From assembly GCA_000934665.2 (NCBI GenBank), contig KZ538524.1:53289-73288 (forward strand): a stretch of 20,000 nucleotides of DNA. The letters are read 5' to 3'. How positions within the stretch are numbered: position 1 is the stretch's first letter; each line of letters opens with the position of its first letter. This stretch comes from Catajapyx aquilonaris. Taxonomy: Eukaryota. Of this stretch, positions 1 through 10,415 are shown piece after piece. A model generated the notes under the pieces. It searched no databases and was not told the origin of the DNA. It saw nothing but the letters and a program-made list of their open reading frames with translations. Position numbers and translations under genes: made by a program.

Positions 1-1023
1 TAACCTCCTAGCTGACTTTGGGTGCACCCTGTGGGCCTGCAAATCTATTTATTCCAAAAGCATCTGCAGGTTGCAGATAAATCTGGATTTGCATTGCTTC
101 TGCGTCCCTCTTTTTCAAAAAAAAAAAAAAACTCCTCGTTTCCAAGTAAAACTTCAGCTATTGCCGTTTCCACCGGGTTATTACAAAGACAGTTGCTTAA
201 ATAACGGAAGAAAAAAAAAGACGTGGGTTTTTTTTTAGGGGGGAGGGGGAGGATAGGAAAGGAAGAACCAGGGGTATGAGCGGGTGGAGAGATTTCAAAC
301 CTTAGCTATTACTGCGGAACGTATTGTAAACTCCCGTGAGCCATTCAACTCTTGGAAATCTGTTGGGCGAGGGAATTGCTCCTCGAAAAGCTACATTACG
401 GAAGCCTCAAGCAACCGGTTGCAACGTTTCTCCCTCCTCTTCCACCTAAAAACTTCTTCCATTTCCCTTCTTCTAGCCCGTGCCTTAAGTCACGACCCAT
501 CACTGAAACTTGAGAAGCGGCATCGACGTCAATACATGAATATATTTGAGAGAGCCGGGTTGTATCCCCCCAACTCCCTAGATCGGACCGATTCAAAGCT
601 TGATCGCCACTGAAGTCGTGACAAAAGTTTTTTTATGTAAAGAAAACCAACTTTTGAAATCGCCCTGTTGTCTAGGCGTAAAAAATAGTCTTGATCCGTG
701 TTATATGCTGTATATACCCCCCTCTAGTTTTTTAGGATTGGAGCTACCGGATTGGCCCCGGATTATTTTCAAGCGCACGCAGAGACATGTTGATTCCATA
801 CCCTCACTACCCGCGCGTTTAATTCTAATTTCAGCGCGGATTTGGCTAATGTGTCCAGCTGGACTCTCTATCGCCAAGAGTCGATCCAATTATCGGAATA
901 AATTAAATTTTTTAAAGTACTCGGCGGGCTTTGGGTATTTTTGTTGTCATGCTTTGTTTGAAACTTGCGGAGCTTCCCTCTCTCCCCATATTCCCCCCCT
1001 TCCACCAGCTCTCTGCCTGCTCC

Positions 1024-1063
1024 NNNNNNNNNNNNNNNNNNNNNNNNNNNNNNNNNNNNNNNN
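1024..1063. other. Assembly gap (40 N) adjoining a poly-C run
   Basis: 40 N followed directly by C14 (1064-1077). ORFs crossing it are not interpretable. Confidence 0.98.
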
Positions 1064-1634
1064 CCCCCCCCCCCCCCACCATCCATAAGCCTATACGGAT
1101 CAAGCTGTAAATCCAATTTCGTCGGTAGTTGCGTTTCAGCAATACAGATTACAGATGTAACTGCAGCAGCGTGACATTGATGCAGTTCCGCGGACAATAT
1201 GATTGCGGCATCACGCCAGGCTTGACTTCATACCGGATTAAAAATGCTACGCAGACACAAAGGTGTCGTTCTCACCAATCGCGGAGGCCTTTTGGGGGAT
1301 TGATGGCCGGGGATGTATGTTGGTTACTAACAAAAAAAAAAAAGAAAAAAAAGAGGGGGGGATAGATATCGAGCGGGGGATTGTTAAGTGTATGACCCGG
1401 GGCTATGGCGCTTCCACGTATATTTATGCACAATAATGGGCCTGTAGCCGGTTTATGTCTAAGATGATGCGGGGCTGTTGCGATCGAATGGCCCACACCA
1501 GTCTGCGTTCTTTGCTGGTCACTTAAATCGCTTGTTTTGATGGTTTCCGACCGGGTTTTTATAGGACACTACAAGGCCGGATATTTAATGTACATGTTGC
1601 ACACAACAGATGGCCGTTCGAAATTGGTCGGGTG

Positions 1635-1703
1635 GTCACTCCAGTCGCGCATGCGTGTTGGGGGGGTTCACCAGTGAGAATGCGCATGCGCAGCTGGAGT
1701 GAC
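1635..1703. repeat. Inverted repeat/hairpin, 21-bp arms, 27-nt loop
   Basis: Left arm GTCACTCCAGTCGCGCATGCG (1635-1655). Reverse complement of the right arm (1683-1703) is GTCACTCCAGCTGCGCATGCG, so 19/21 match. The perfect palindrome TGCGCATGCGCA lies at 1681-1692. Confidence 0.9.
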
Positions 1704-1745
1704 AAATCCATCACCTCTCCCTCGATTCTGTCAAACGTCAGTTAA

Positions 1746-2004
1746 CTCGGGGACAGTGACGTGCCTGAATTTTAGGACCCCATGCCATATTTTAATTTTT
1801 ATTAATTTTTATATAATACTTTTCAATGTATTGACTACATGCAATCATTCCTTGAACAATGCCTAAAATGATTGCTAATTCAAAATAAACATGCACTTCC
1901 CGTTATGTACTTTTTTTAAAATGGGAAACACTTCATTGTAATTGTCATGCAATGCATTTGAATTCCTTTGGGGTCCTAAAAGACCCCACGTCACGGTTCC
2001 AGGG
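1746..2004. mobile_element. Non-autonomous piggyBac-type element (MITE), 259 bp, TTAA target-site duplication
   Basis: TTAA at 1742-1745 and 2005-2008. The right end reads ...AGGG-TTAA, the canonical piggyBac CCCT/AGGG terminus. Outer IR CTCGGGGACAGTGACGTG (1746-1763) vs reverse complement of 1987-2004, CCCTGGAACCGTGACGTG, matches 14/18. Inner IR TTTTAGGACCCCA (1770-1782) vs 1969-1981 matches 13/13. The interior is AT-rich and non-coding. Confidence 0.78.
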
Positions 2005-2049
2005 TTAAGACAATATTTATTTAAAAAAAAACATTTCAAGTGAAAAATA

Positions 2050-2079
2050 ATGGGACATGGCTAGCTGGAACACCCTGTA
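2050..2079. mobile_element. Possible single Tc1/mariner-type terminal inverted repeat with TA target
   Basis: Reverse complement reads TA-CAGGGTGTTCCAGCTAGCCATGTCCCAT. TA+CAGGGTG is a common start of Tc1/mariner-superfamily TIRs. No partner TIR was found in the window. Confidence 0.4.
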
Positions 2080-2780
2080 CCTGAAACATCGCCGCAACTG
2101 AGCCCCGGAGCTTTATTTTACGCCACAACCTCAGCGTGTGACGAATATAAACAGCGTTCACACAACTTCCCGTCTATTACAACTAAAACTGTGCATCTCT
2201 TCCATAATTCAACCAGCTCCGCACGCAGCATCCTCCTACTTTACGGGCGCAATTGCGTTAAAGAAAAAAAGGTCAACCAACTCTCCGGGTCCGTACATCT
2301 ACCTTTCTTTTCAGACATGTTGACAATATTTTTTTTCCCGTCGTCCTCATTTTTTCTCACCGCCCTTCAAGCGAATATATTCCGGCGGTGCCGCACCATG
2401 TGACATAAACAGCCAGAAACGGTCCTCATGGGCCTGACGACGGCAAACACTCGGATTTTTTTTTCTTCTTCTTCCTTTACTTCCACCCAAAGTGAATCCA
2501 GTCTCACATGGAATCAACATCATTATGCCTGGCAGCCCTGGCGACTTCTCCGATTTCCTTCCGCTTTAACAAGACGGTAACAAAACAAAACTGGGCTCGG
2601 TTATTGCTTCCACCTGAAATCCTACCTGTCATTCTCGCCCCCTTTGCTGTGGGCGCCAAATTTTCTCCTTCTTATTATTTTCAGAGCTCCCAGACATATA
2701 CAGGGCACGAACAATATTCCAAAGCCTATATAATATAGCGCCAATATTATTTTAACAAAGTATGAAATTGATTTTTTGGT

Positions 2781-2877
2781 AATATTTGTACAAAAATTTA
2801 TTTGCAATATTTGTACAGAAATTATTTGCAATATTTGTACAGAAATTATTTGTAATATTTGTACAGGAATTATTTGT
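2781..2877 (+). repeat. 24-bp AT-rich minisatellite, 4 copies, with degenerate extension to about 2980
   Basis: Units: AATATTTGTACAAAAATTTATTTGC (2781), AATATTTGTACAGAAATTATTTGC (2806), AATATTTGTACAGAAATTATTTGT (2830), AATATTTGTACAGGAATTATTTGT (2854). Degenerate TTTGTACAAAA and TTTGTGCAGAA copies follow. Confidence 0.95.
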
Positions 2878-3916
2878 AATGGCTTGCAATATGTGTAAAA
2901 ATATTTAACATTTTGTACAAAAAATAATTTTTCATAGTTTGTGCAGAAGTTCATTTGTAATTTTTTGTGGAAAATATTGCATCGAATTTTCGATGTAATT
3001 ATTATCAATCCTGAAACTGGCTGAGTACGGCTGCTAGGTAAGAAACGTTCCAACTAAAACAAGAAAGCTACGAATCCCTAGACACCAATTTTTTCCCCTC
3101 CTCATCCACCACCTCCCTTTACCTCCCCACCTCCACCACAAAAAAAAAGTTTAATGAAGTCGCGCCCAGAAGCCATTAGAAGGCGTTTTAAAAACATCTC
3201 CGCATTTTGCTTCTAATATACAACCACTCGGGCAGTGATATCAACTAAAGCCCCGGGTTTGTTTCCAGCATTTGCATAATAACTGTATCATTTATACCCA
3301 AAATACATCTGAAGGGGGATCTAATAAGATTAAAACAATTATGCGGAGGAAGGTCCTATAAAAATTCATTCAGGGGGTAAACACGCCCCCTCTAGAAAAA
3401 GCGGGACTTCAGGAGGATAAGAAGCAGCAAAAATCCGGAGAGGGTTTTTCCGGGGGGAGGCGACAAGCCCAGCTTTTCGATGCCTCTTCTCTCCCCCCTC
3501 CCCCCTCCCTATAGTCCGATATAATTATGTAACCCCGGCAGCCAAATGTTATTACTTTCTCAGCAGATTAAAATGCTGGGGTGTATAATATTAAAGTGCT
3601 ATCGCGCGGATATAAGCGAAATAGAAACCGTACAGAAGTAACAGCGTCAACTCTAGAAGAAGGAGAGAGAAAAAAAAGTTGGGGGGTAGGGAGCTCATCA
3701 AATCAATATTGAGTTAAATTAACTTTACAGCCTCCCAGTGTCAAACAAATGGCCCAGAAAGTGGGGAGAATTCTACATAATTTCCTTCATTTTCGTCCAT
3801 AGAAACTTTAACACAAGGCATCATCAACGCAGCGTATCATTATAAAAACACCGAGGAACATTAAGGAGCGGCAAAATCTTTGGAGATGGTTACCTCATTA
3901 AGGGAAAGGGAAAAGA

Positions 3917-3936
3917 GGGGTGGGTGGGTGGGTGGG
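3917..3936 (+). other. (GGGT)n potential G-quadruplex
   Basis: GGGGTGGGTGGGTGGGTGGG: five G>=3 tracts separated by single-T loops. Confidence 0.8.
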
Positions 3937-4121
3937 TATAGCGGGTTTAAAGACTCCAGGCTCTGGATTCTGGGTTGGGAGAACACCAATGTGGCCAACA
4001 CCCGCCCCGGAGAATAGGCATGTTCGGGGAGGGCAATAATTCTGCAGTAACACTTCTAATTCACACTTAAGATACTTATTTTTCCCCCGCGCTTGCTTTT
4101 CCAGCCACTCCCACCCGCAGG

Positions 4122-4124
<3 letters not shown>

Positions 4125-4172
<48 letters not shown>
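4125..4172 (+). repeat. (CT)24 microsatellite
   Basis: 48 nt of perfect CT dinucleotide repeat. Confidence 0.98.
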
Positions 4173-4177
<5 letters not shown>

Positions 4178-6224
4178 GCCAGCACTTTCTTCGCCCCTCC
4201 ATCCGACCTTTGCCTGGAGGGGAGGATTATGCCCAAAAACCCAAATTGGACTGCCAGAAATGGAGAAGAAGCAAATGTGTCACATAACCTGCACCAGCCA
4301 CACACAAAAAAAAAAAAACAGTTCTCGGTTGGTTATGGAGGCTTAATTACAGAGCAATACAGGCTGTTGACCCAATGCGACGATTAGTCTCTCATCAATA
4401 GTAATAGCAATCGAGCCAACTACATCTAAGGGCAATCTACAGAAAAAAACACAACAGATCCGTCGCTACCCTCCCAAAAAAAAACTAATAAAAACCGATA
4501 ATCAATAATTCGCAAATGAATTCATCGATCCGCACCTAAAATTACATTTTCTTTATATAAAAAAATTGGTCACAAACACCGCCAGGTGACACCAATCTTA
4601 TTACATTTTTTTCCTCCCCACACCTGGTTGCTCCAGGTAATTATTAACGAACAACACGTGACCTGCTCGGGCCAAACAAGCTTTCACATGTCATTACCTC
4701 CTGACTAATTCAGTGGGTTCGGATGCACAAATAATTTGTGGCCGCCAAGTGTTGGAATCGACGGTTTCGAACTCGATACCTCCATAGTCGCGCATATGTA
4801 TGGTTGTACCGAGAGTCGAAACAAGTCTCTGAATGCGGCTCAATAATCAAGCAGGCCCGCAATGGTATCAAGCCCTTCGTGTAAACCCTATGAATTAAGC
4901 ATGATCCTATATGTGGGCGTGACCTCAACTCCTGGTCAAAAAAAAAGTGATGCCAAAGGTCTGTCACTATAATAAAAATTGGTGTTTCTTTTCCTATAAA
5001 CTGACGTATCTCCCTGGTCACAAACAATCAACTTTTTTCGTAACTAAATTAATTTGAAAATCACCACATCAAAGGAGCTCGAATGACGGGTCACAAATGA
5101 AATGGTTAGATCGGACACCAGGACTGTCCTTTTTCGATGCTGAACACCTCTCTTTTTATAGCAGCCCGGGTTGACAGCTATACGGGATTCTCTGTGTATG
5201 ACACTACTTGCAAAACCAGATCCAATTTTTACCACTATTATTTTAAAAAAAAAGGTTTGCCAAGGTTTGCCTCTCCCATACCCATAAAAACAACAAAAAA
5301 ACTTGGGGATGTCAACGTGTCCCAGACACTACACGTGACAGTCATTGTGACAGGCGACACTGACAAGTGTCCAAAAGGGTCGTGCAATTATAGCCGTCAT
5401 TATATGCACGCAGGGGTTTAATCGGGGTTCGATTCCTCTCACCCCCCATTCTGTTACCACCCTGTGAAAAAAAAGCAACAATACAAAAAGTACACACTGT
5501 CAGGCAACATGTACGAAATTAATTTAAGAAATGGACATTGATCCTAACATGACGCACATTAATCGAAAATAAATAGCGTCCAAGCCTGTATTTTTTGATT
5601 GAAATATTTGTGTAAGCAATGTGCACTATGTTGCAAGGATTAATAACTTCCCCACCACTCTGTGACGTCAGTGTTCTGGATGGTCTCTTTCGTCAGTACT
5701 TGCAGGCCCTCTCCGGGCGATGTGTATAATCCCGTCAACGATCCCCGGCGCTTTTCCAGAAAGAGAATCAACAGCCTATCGACGAGGCCCGGAGTGGCGT
5801 GCTTCTCTTCCATAACACGGCCAAGAGTAGAAGTGTTTTTCAGTATACCCCTCTGGCCCAGAATTTTATTTTTTTTCTTTTTTTAAATATCATATATTCC
5901 AACCCCCCAGAACCGTCAGCCTAACTACACTACACTAGTTCGTATCCGACTAAAAACGTATGGATGACACTCATCCTGTTTGGAGCAGTCGAACTGAATG
6001 TAAGCTGACAATGTGTGACGGCATAGGCGATTATAAACCCAGGCCTGTGATGAACCTAATTAAAACTGATGTAAGAAATCGACTCCGCCATGACCTGGAC
6101 CAATCAGCTTAATTTTTTAGCCTCATCCGTGGTCGGCAAGGGCAGATTTTTTGGTCCCGCTAATACCTCCAATCACATATAATCAGTCCATGTTGCCAGG
6201 TACAGATACATACATTTTGGCAGG

Positions 6225-6274
6225 TACAGGCACGCACAATTTTAATACAGGCACGCACTAGTACGGGCGCGCAC
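6225..6274 (+). repeat. Three closely spaced 13-bp direct repeats TACRGGCRCGCAC
   Basis: TACAGGCACGCAC at 6225 and 6246; TACGGGCGCGCAC at 6262. Confidence 0.8.
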
Positions 6275-6674
6275 AGTGGCACAGACAAATTCCCCCCGAA
6301 AATAAATAAAGATGGAAAGTGAGGTCAAGAGTATACATTTCCTTGAGGCAGGTGATCAGTCAGGAGTCGAAAAGGGACAAAATACGAGGCGAGACAGGTC
6401 CGGAAACGATCGGCGAAACTGTCTTCCGTATCAACCCGGAGCATCCGCGGCCATAGGGAGAGAAGGGTATAGTCGCGGGCTATGAAAAATTCCCTTTTAT
6501 TTCCCCCGGTCTGCTCCCTGAAGGTGGGACTGTCGACTGGTGGCGCCGTTTATCTGCATGTATCGGCGCCCGGTCATGTATTATTCAACGGTGTTAGCTG
6601 AGCACTGGCCCTCTGATCAGCGACGATTGATTTCCAGGGGGTTGGAGAGAGGAGGGTGGAAAAAGAGGAGGGTT

Positions 6675-6700
<26 letters not shown>
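6675..6700 (+). repeat. (CA)13 microsatellite
   Basis: 26 nt of perfect CA repeat. Confidence 0.97.
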
Positions 6701-6705
<5 letters not shown>

Positions 6706-7432
6706 CTGAAGGTGGGGATGAAGACTGGTCAGTATATATACCTCCCAAAATGTGCGATATTAACGCTCCTGGAAAAACATGTCCCGTTCACAACACTCTT
6801 AATAATTGAACAGTATTTGTGGCGATGCGGATGATAAATGTGGTACCAGACCAAACCCACCCGACTAATATTTCATAGACATTTTTTTTTTTGCCATTTG
6901 ATCTTGCGCTGTTGGAGCCCACCCTAGCCAATGGCCAAACATTGGGTTGTATTTTCTTTTCCGGACCGGCAAGTCAATCAAGTTGAAGTCAGGGGAAAGG
7001 GTGGGATCACATACTCAGTGGTCCACGTGCGAATTAACGATTTTCGCCTCACATGTACTGTACTGGGCAAGTGGGGAGAGAGAGAGAGAGGAGGGCTACG
7101 TTCCTCTCTGTTCCTCCCTAGCAACCATGGCCAAATCCCACCGCTGGCTTACTTTGGTTTACGTACAGTCCTCCCCGGTGCGCTTAAGTAAAACATGAAA
7201 TGAGATTTAAATCAAAGTGATTTCGGGTGTTTTTCGAAGCGGAAGTGCGCAGTTGGGGGTGGGGTGGGTGCTTCCGAATGGCCATAAGATTAGCTCAAAA
7301 AAACTGTTTACTTACTATTAGCATGAACATCTGGACGGACCAGGGGAGAGGAGAAACTGAAATCTCCCCTCTTTGCTCCTCCTCCTCCTTCCTCCCCACA
7401 TTTTCGGAGGGAGCTGCTCAACTCTCTCTCCC

Positions 7433-7502
7433 TCGAAACCCTAGTCATCAATCCATCGAAACCGCACACTTCCCTTTGTTATTCTACTGTTCCATCGAAA
7501 CC
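7433..7502 (+). repeat. Degenerate local duplication (TCCATCGAAACC x2 plus TCGAAACC)
   Basis: TCCATCGAAACC at 7452-7463 and 7491-7502; TCGAAACC at 7433-7440. Confidence 0.65.
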
Positions 7503-10370
7503 TTGACGATTTACTCTACCAGAGATGAAAGGGAAGGCTTCGGAAGGCCCCGAATTCTCCAATATTTACGGTGATCTCTGATAGTGATTACCTAAGAAAA
7601 GGATTTTTTTGTCGTTTTCCTCCAGTCCTGTTGCCGCAAAAATTGTCGGGACATGGCCTACACGTATCCTTCCGCGCTGAAGGTGCAGTGCGGCATCCGC
7701 GGAGCCAACAATGCGTGCTTCTGGTCGGTGCTAAAGGCCAGGTGTTGCCATTTGCACCAGGCGAAAAATATCGGGGGGGGGGGGGNGGGGGGAGTTTGCC
7801 ACCACGTGATAAATCGGCCGAGGCAACTTTCAACGCCATCAAAATCTTGGCGAAGGCCCACCTCTCTCATGCCTAATTCCATATTCCTATAATTACCCTA
7901 CTCCAGGCCATTATAGCCGTTGATCACGCCATTATATTTATACAGAAACCCCGTTCCACAATTATTCCTAGCCCGCTTTGATATTCCAAGGAAGTCGAAG
8001 GAGATTCTGACTTACACCATATTGTAATAGATGTCGCAACTTTGTCCTCAGTGAAAGTTAAGCTGACCTACTATTTACTCTCAGCTCAGCTCCCAGAGAA
8101 CATTTGCATGTTTTGATTGAATCTTCGTTAAAACGGGAGCAAGAGTTGCAACATAATCCATAATAAAACAAGAGGACCTCCCCATTAATCTGAGGCTACA
8201 TGCTATAAAATCACACACAACCAAATTTTTTAGATGGTCTTTACATGCACCAAAGACGGTTCGAAATGTATGCAGTTATTATACGTCGCATGGAAATTGA
8301 CTGGATATTGCGGTTTCTTTGCGATTGCACGGGGGGGAAGGTTGGATGTATATTGTCCCTTATCATGCGATGATTTCGTGTTTATGGGGGCGATGGTCAC
8401 ACAATCGTGGAATTTACATAACCTGACTCGTTGGGAAGGGCACTCATTGGCTCGTAAAATAAAATGCTAATCGATGGGTCACGGCCGGGATGGTACTGGG
8501 TTCAAACCTTGGTGCAGGCTACCCATTTTTTAAAAATAAAACCACCTTTTTAAAAACAACCAATAAGTGTGAAACCGCCTGCCAAAAAAAATTTTTTCCT
8601 CTCAGCAGAAAATCTCCCCATCCTGAATAATTCACCTACCACCTTCCTCCTTGGTCCTCGCAACACCTTCCACTCCCCTAAAGGAATTCTTAAGCAATCT
8701 TCCCCCCCAAAACCCGGGCGCCACAACAGCTCCCATGTTGGGCTCTCCCCCCTCTCACCACCTCAAGACTCCGGAGGCTGCGGGTCCCGGATCAGCGCCA
8801 AAATCCGGAGTTCGGGGGGAAAGGTGGCCCCCAAAATTATTAACAAAGCGGGCGAAATATCACTTATTACCCTCGACGAGCCTTGTTGGTGGCAGAAAAA
8901 AAACCCTCGAGGGTGCATCAACAATTCAAGTCGACGCCACTTTGGGCAGACTACAAAATATCGGTGGCTGTCGCCATTTTAGGCGGTTAACAATCGAGGG
9001 TGGGAGTTAACAATATTACTTTCTAAATAAGACTTTGCACGGGGTATGCAGTGGGTAATTTATGCAATGGAGCGCAGAAAGTACAGCGTCTGTAAGGATG
9101 CATTATTTACGCACCCCCCCCCCCCCCCCCGCCAAANATTATTAATTATTGTTTCTGGTTTAAGAATTTACTACAAGCAGCTGTTTCTCTTTCAGGTTGC
9201 AAGCCGATAACTGACTATAGCCTGAATTATCAACGGCGACATACAACTGGGTCCTATACCAACAAAAAGGGCGCAAAATAACACAGTGCTAGGTTACTTA
9301 TTGCTTATGCATCTGGACAATCGTCGATGAAAGTTTTCTCTCCTTTCTGTCCTTATGGAGGTTACACCCGCAGCATATAACGCGGAATCGACTTTTTACA
9401 TATTACAGGACTTGTTTCGCACATGGGTCCAAATTGCCGGCCATCTGCAACGCGAAAGTCACGCAACTCTTATATATACGCAGTTACTACACCTACAAAA
9501 CAAAACACGTATACTTTGATTCTAATCAGGCCCACCAGTTTATTTTCTGGCTTCTAGGAAACTCTCACCCATATTGAAAGGCACCCGTCAATATTCGTGT
9601 GTTGGCACAACCGCCAGGTTTGGCGTGCCAAAACTGGACTCGCTAATTCCATACGCATAATTGCACGCTTGAGTCTTATTGCAAATATAGTGCGGGGGAA
9701 TACACGAGAAAAGTCAGCGCGAAGATGCTATAGTGATGGGCGAAAATCCGGGCTTGTGGCTCATTATTTAGGACTGGGCTTCACCGGATGATATACCGTC
9801 AAACGGGTTGAGATTGTGCCAGCGATTTTTTTTTTTTGGGGGGGGGGGNGGGGGGACAACAGTGCGCCTTACCGCGAATTTTACTCGTCATTTCCAACCT
9901 ATTAGTGAAACATATACACCTGCTGCCAGTAGGTATCAATCTCACATCAACTGGCACAAACTCATCCCGTCCGACGGTAGCAAAATATTAGATAAAATTG
10001 CACTTCCCATGTATGATATGTGGAGTGATAGTATTATGACACACCTGCTAGCCCGACACGTGTACACACATGGCGTATATAATTCATACCCAACAAAACA
10101 TCAACACATCGCAACATCTCCGGACCAAAAGTGTCGGGGACGGCCCAACACCACGTGAAGATACCCGTCTTTATTCCGCCGATAGGCCTCCACACAGCGC
10201 ATGTCTTAAGATGGGCAAAAAAGCCCGGCGCCCAAGTAGCGCCCCCCCCCCCTCTTCTCCACCCCTCTTCAATGATAGAGCCTAGCGATAGCAACATACC
10301 TGAAGGCCAGGGACAGCTCCCTAAGACGACCGGTGGCGCATGGGTGACCTGGACCAACCAAAGGATGGGC

Positions 10371-10415
10371 CCCCCTCCACCACCTCCTCCACCTCCACCC
10401 CCTCCTCCTCCTCCA
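10371..10415 (+). repeat. Imperfect (CCN)15 trinucleotide repeat (mainly CCA/CCT)
   Basis: 15 consecutive CCN triplets, which produce the poly-Pro tract in ORF 10131..10595. Confidence 0.85.

Noticed and set aside
290..900. Possible LINE ORF2 C-terminal relic on the minus strand (FTPRQQGDFKSWFSLHKK; LSNIFMY*; WKRREKRCNRLLE)
   Set aside because: It needs a frameshift and several stops, and no CX2C zinc-knuckle is visible. The resemblance is too weak without a BLASTX search.
600..1197. Longest ORFs (162 aa and overlapping ones)
   Set aside because: They run through a 40-N gap and poly-C, and show no recognisable domain.
2781..2877. CRISPR-like array
   Set aside because: The units are directly adjacent with no unique spacers, and there are no cas genes.
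2622..3053. 143-aa ORF with VQILQIIS repeats
   Set aside because: It is simply the translation of the 24-bp AT-rich minisatellite.
3898..4305. ORFs with RERERE or SLSLSL tracts
   Set aside because: They are products of the (CT)24 microsatellite.
8440..8520. tRNA-like sequence with GGTTCAAACC
   Set aside because: The T-arm is mostly G-T pairs and no cloverleaf could be built.
8573..8990. AACCGCCT...AGGCGGTT as TIRs, and the enclosed 137-aa ORF
   Set aside because: Only an 8-bp match with no target-site duplication, and the ORF has no recognisable motif.
9181..9200. Strong splice acceptor CTGTTTCTCTTTCAG (similar sites at about 2312 and 2683; donor-like AG|GTAAGA at about 3038)
   Set aside because: All three downstream frames stop within about 30 codons and no coherent exon chain emerges. 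Transcript data would be needed.
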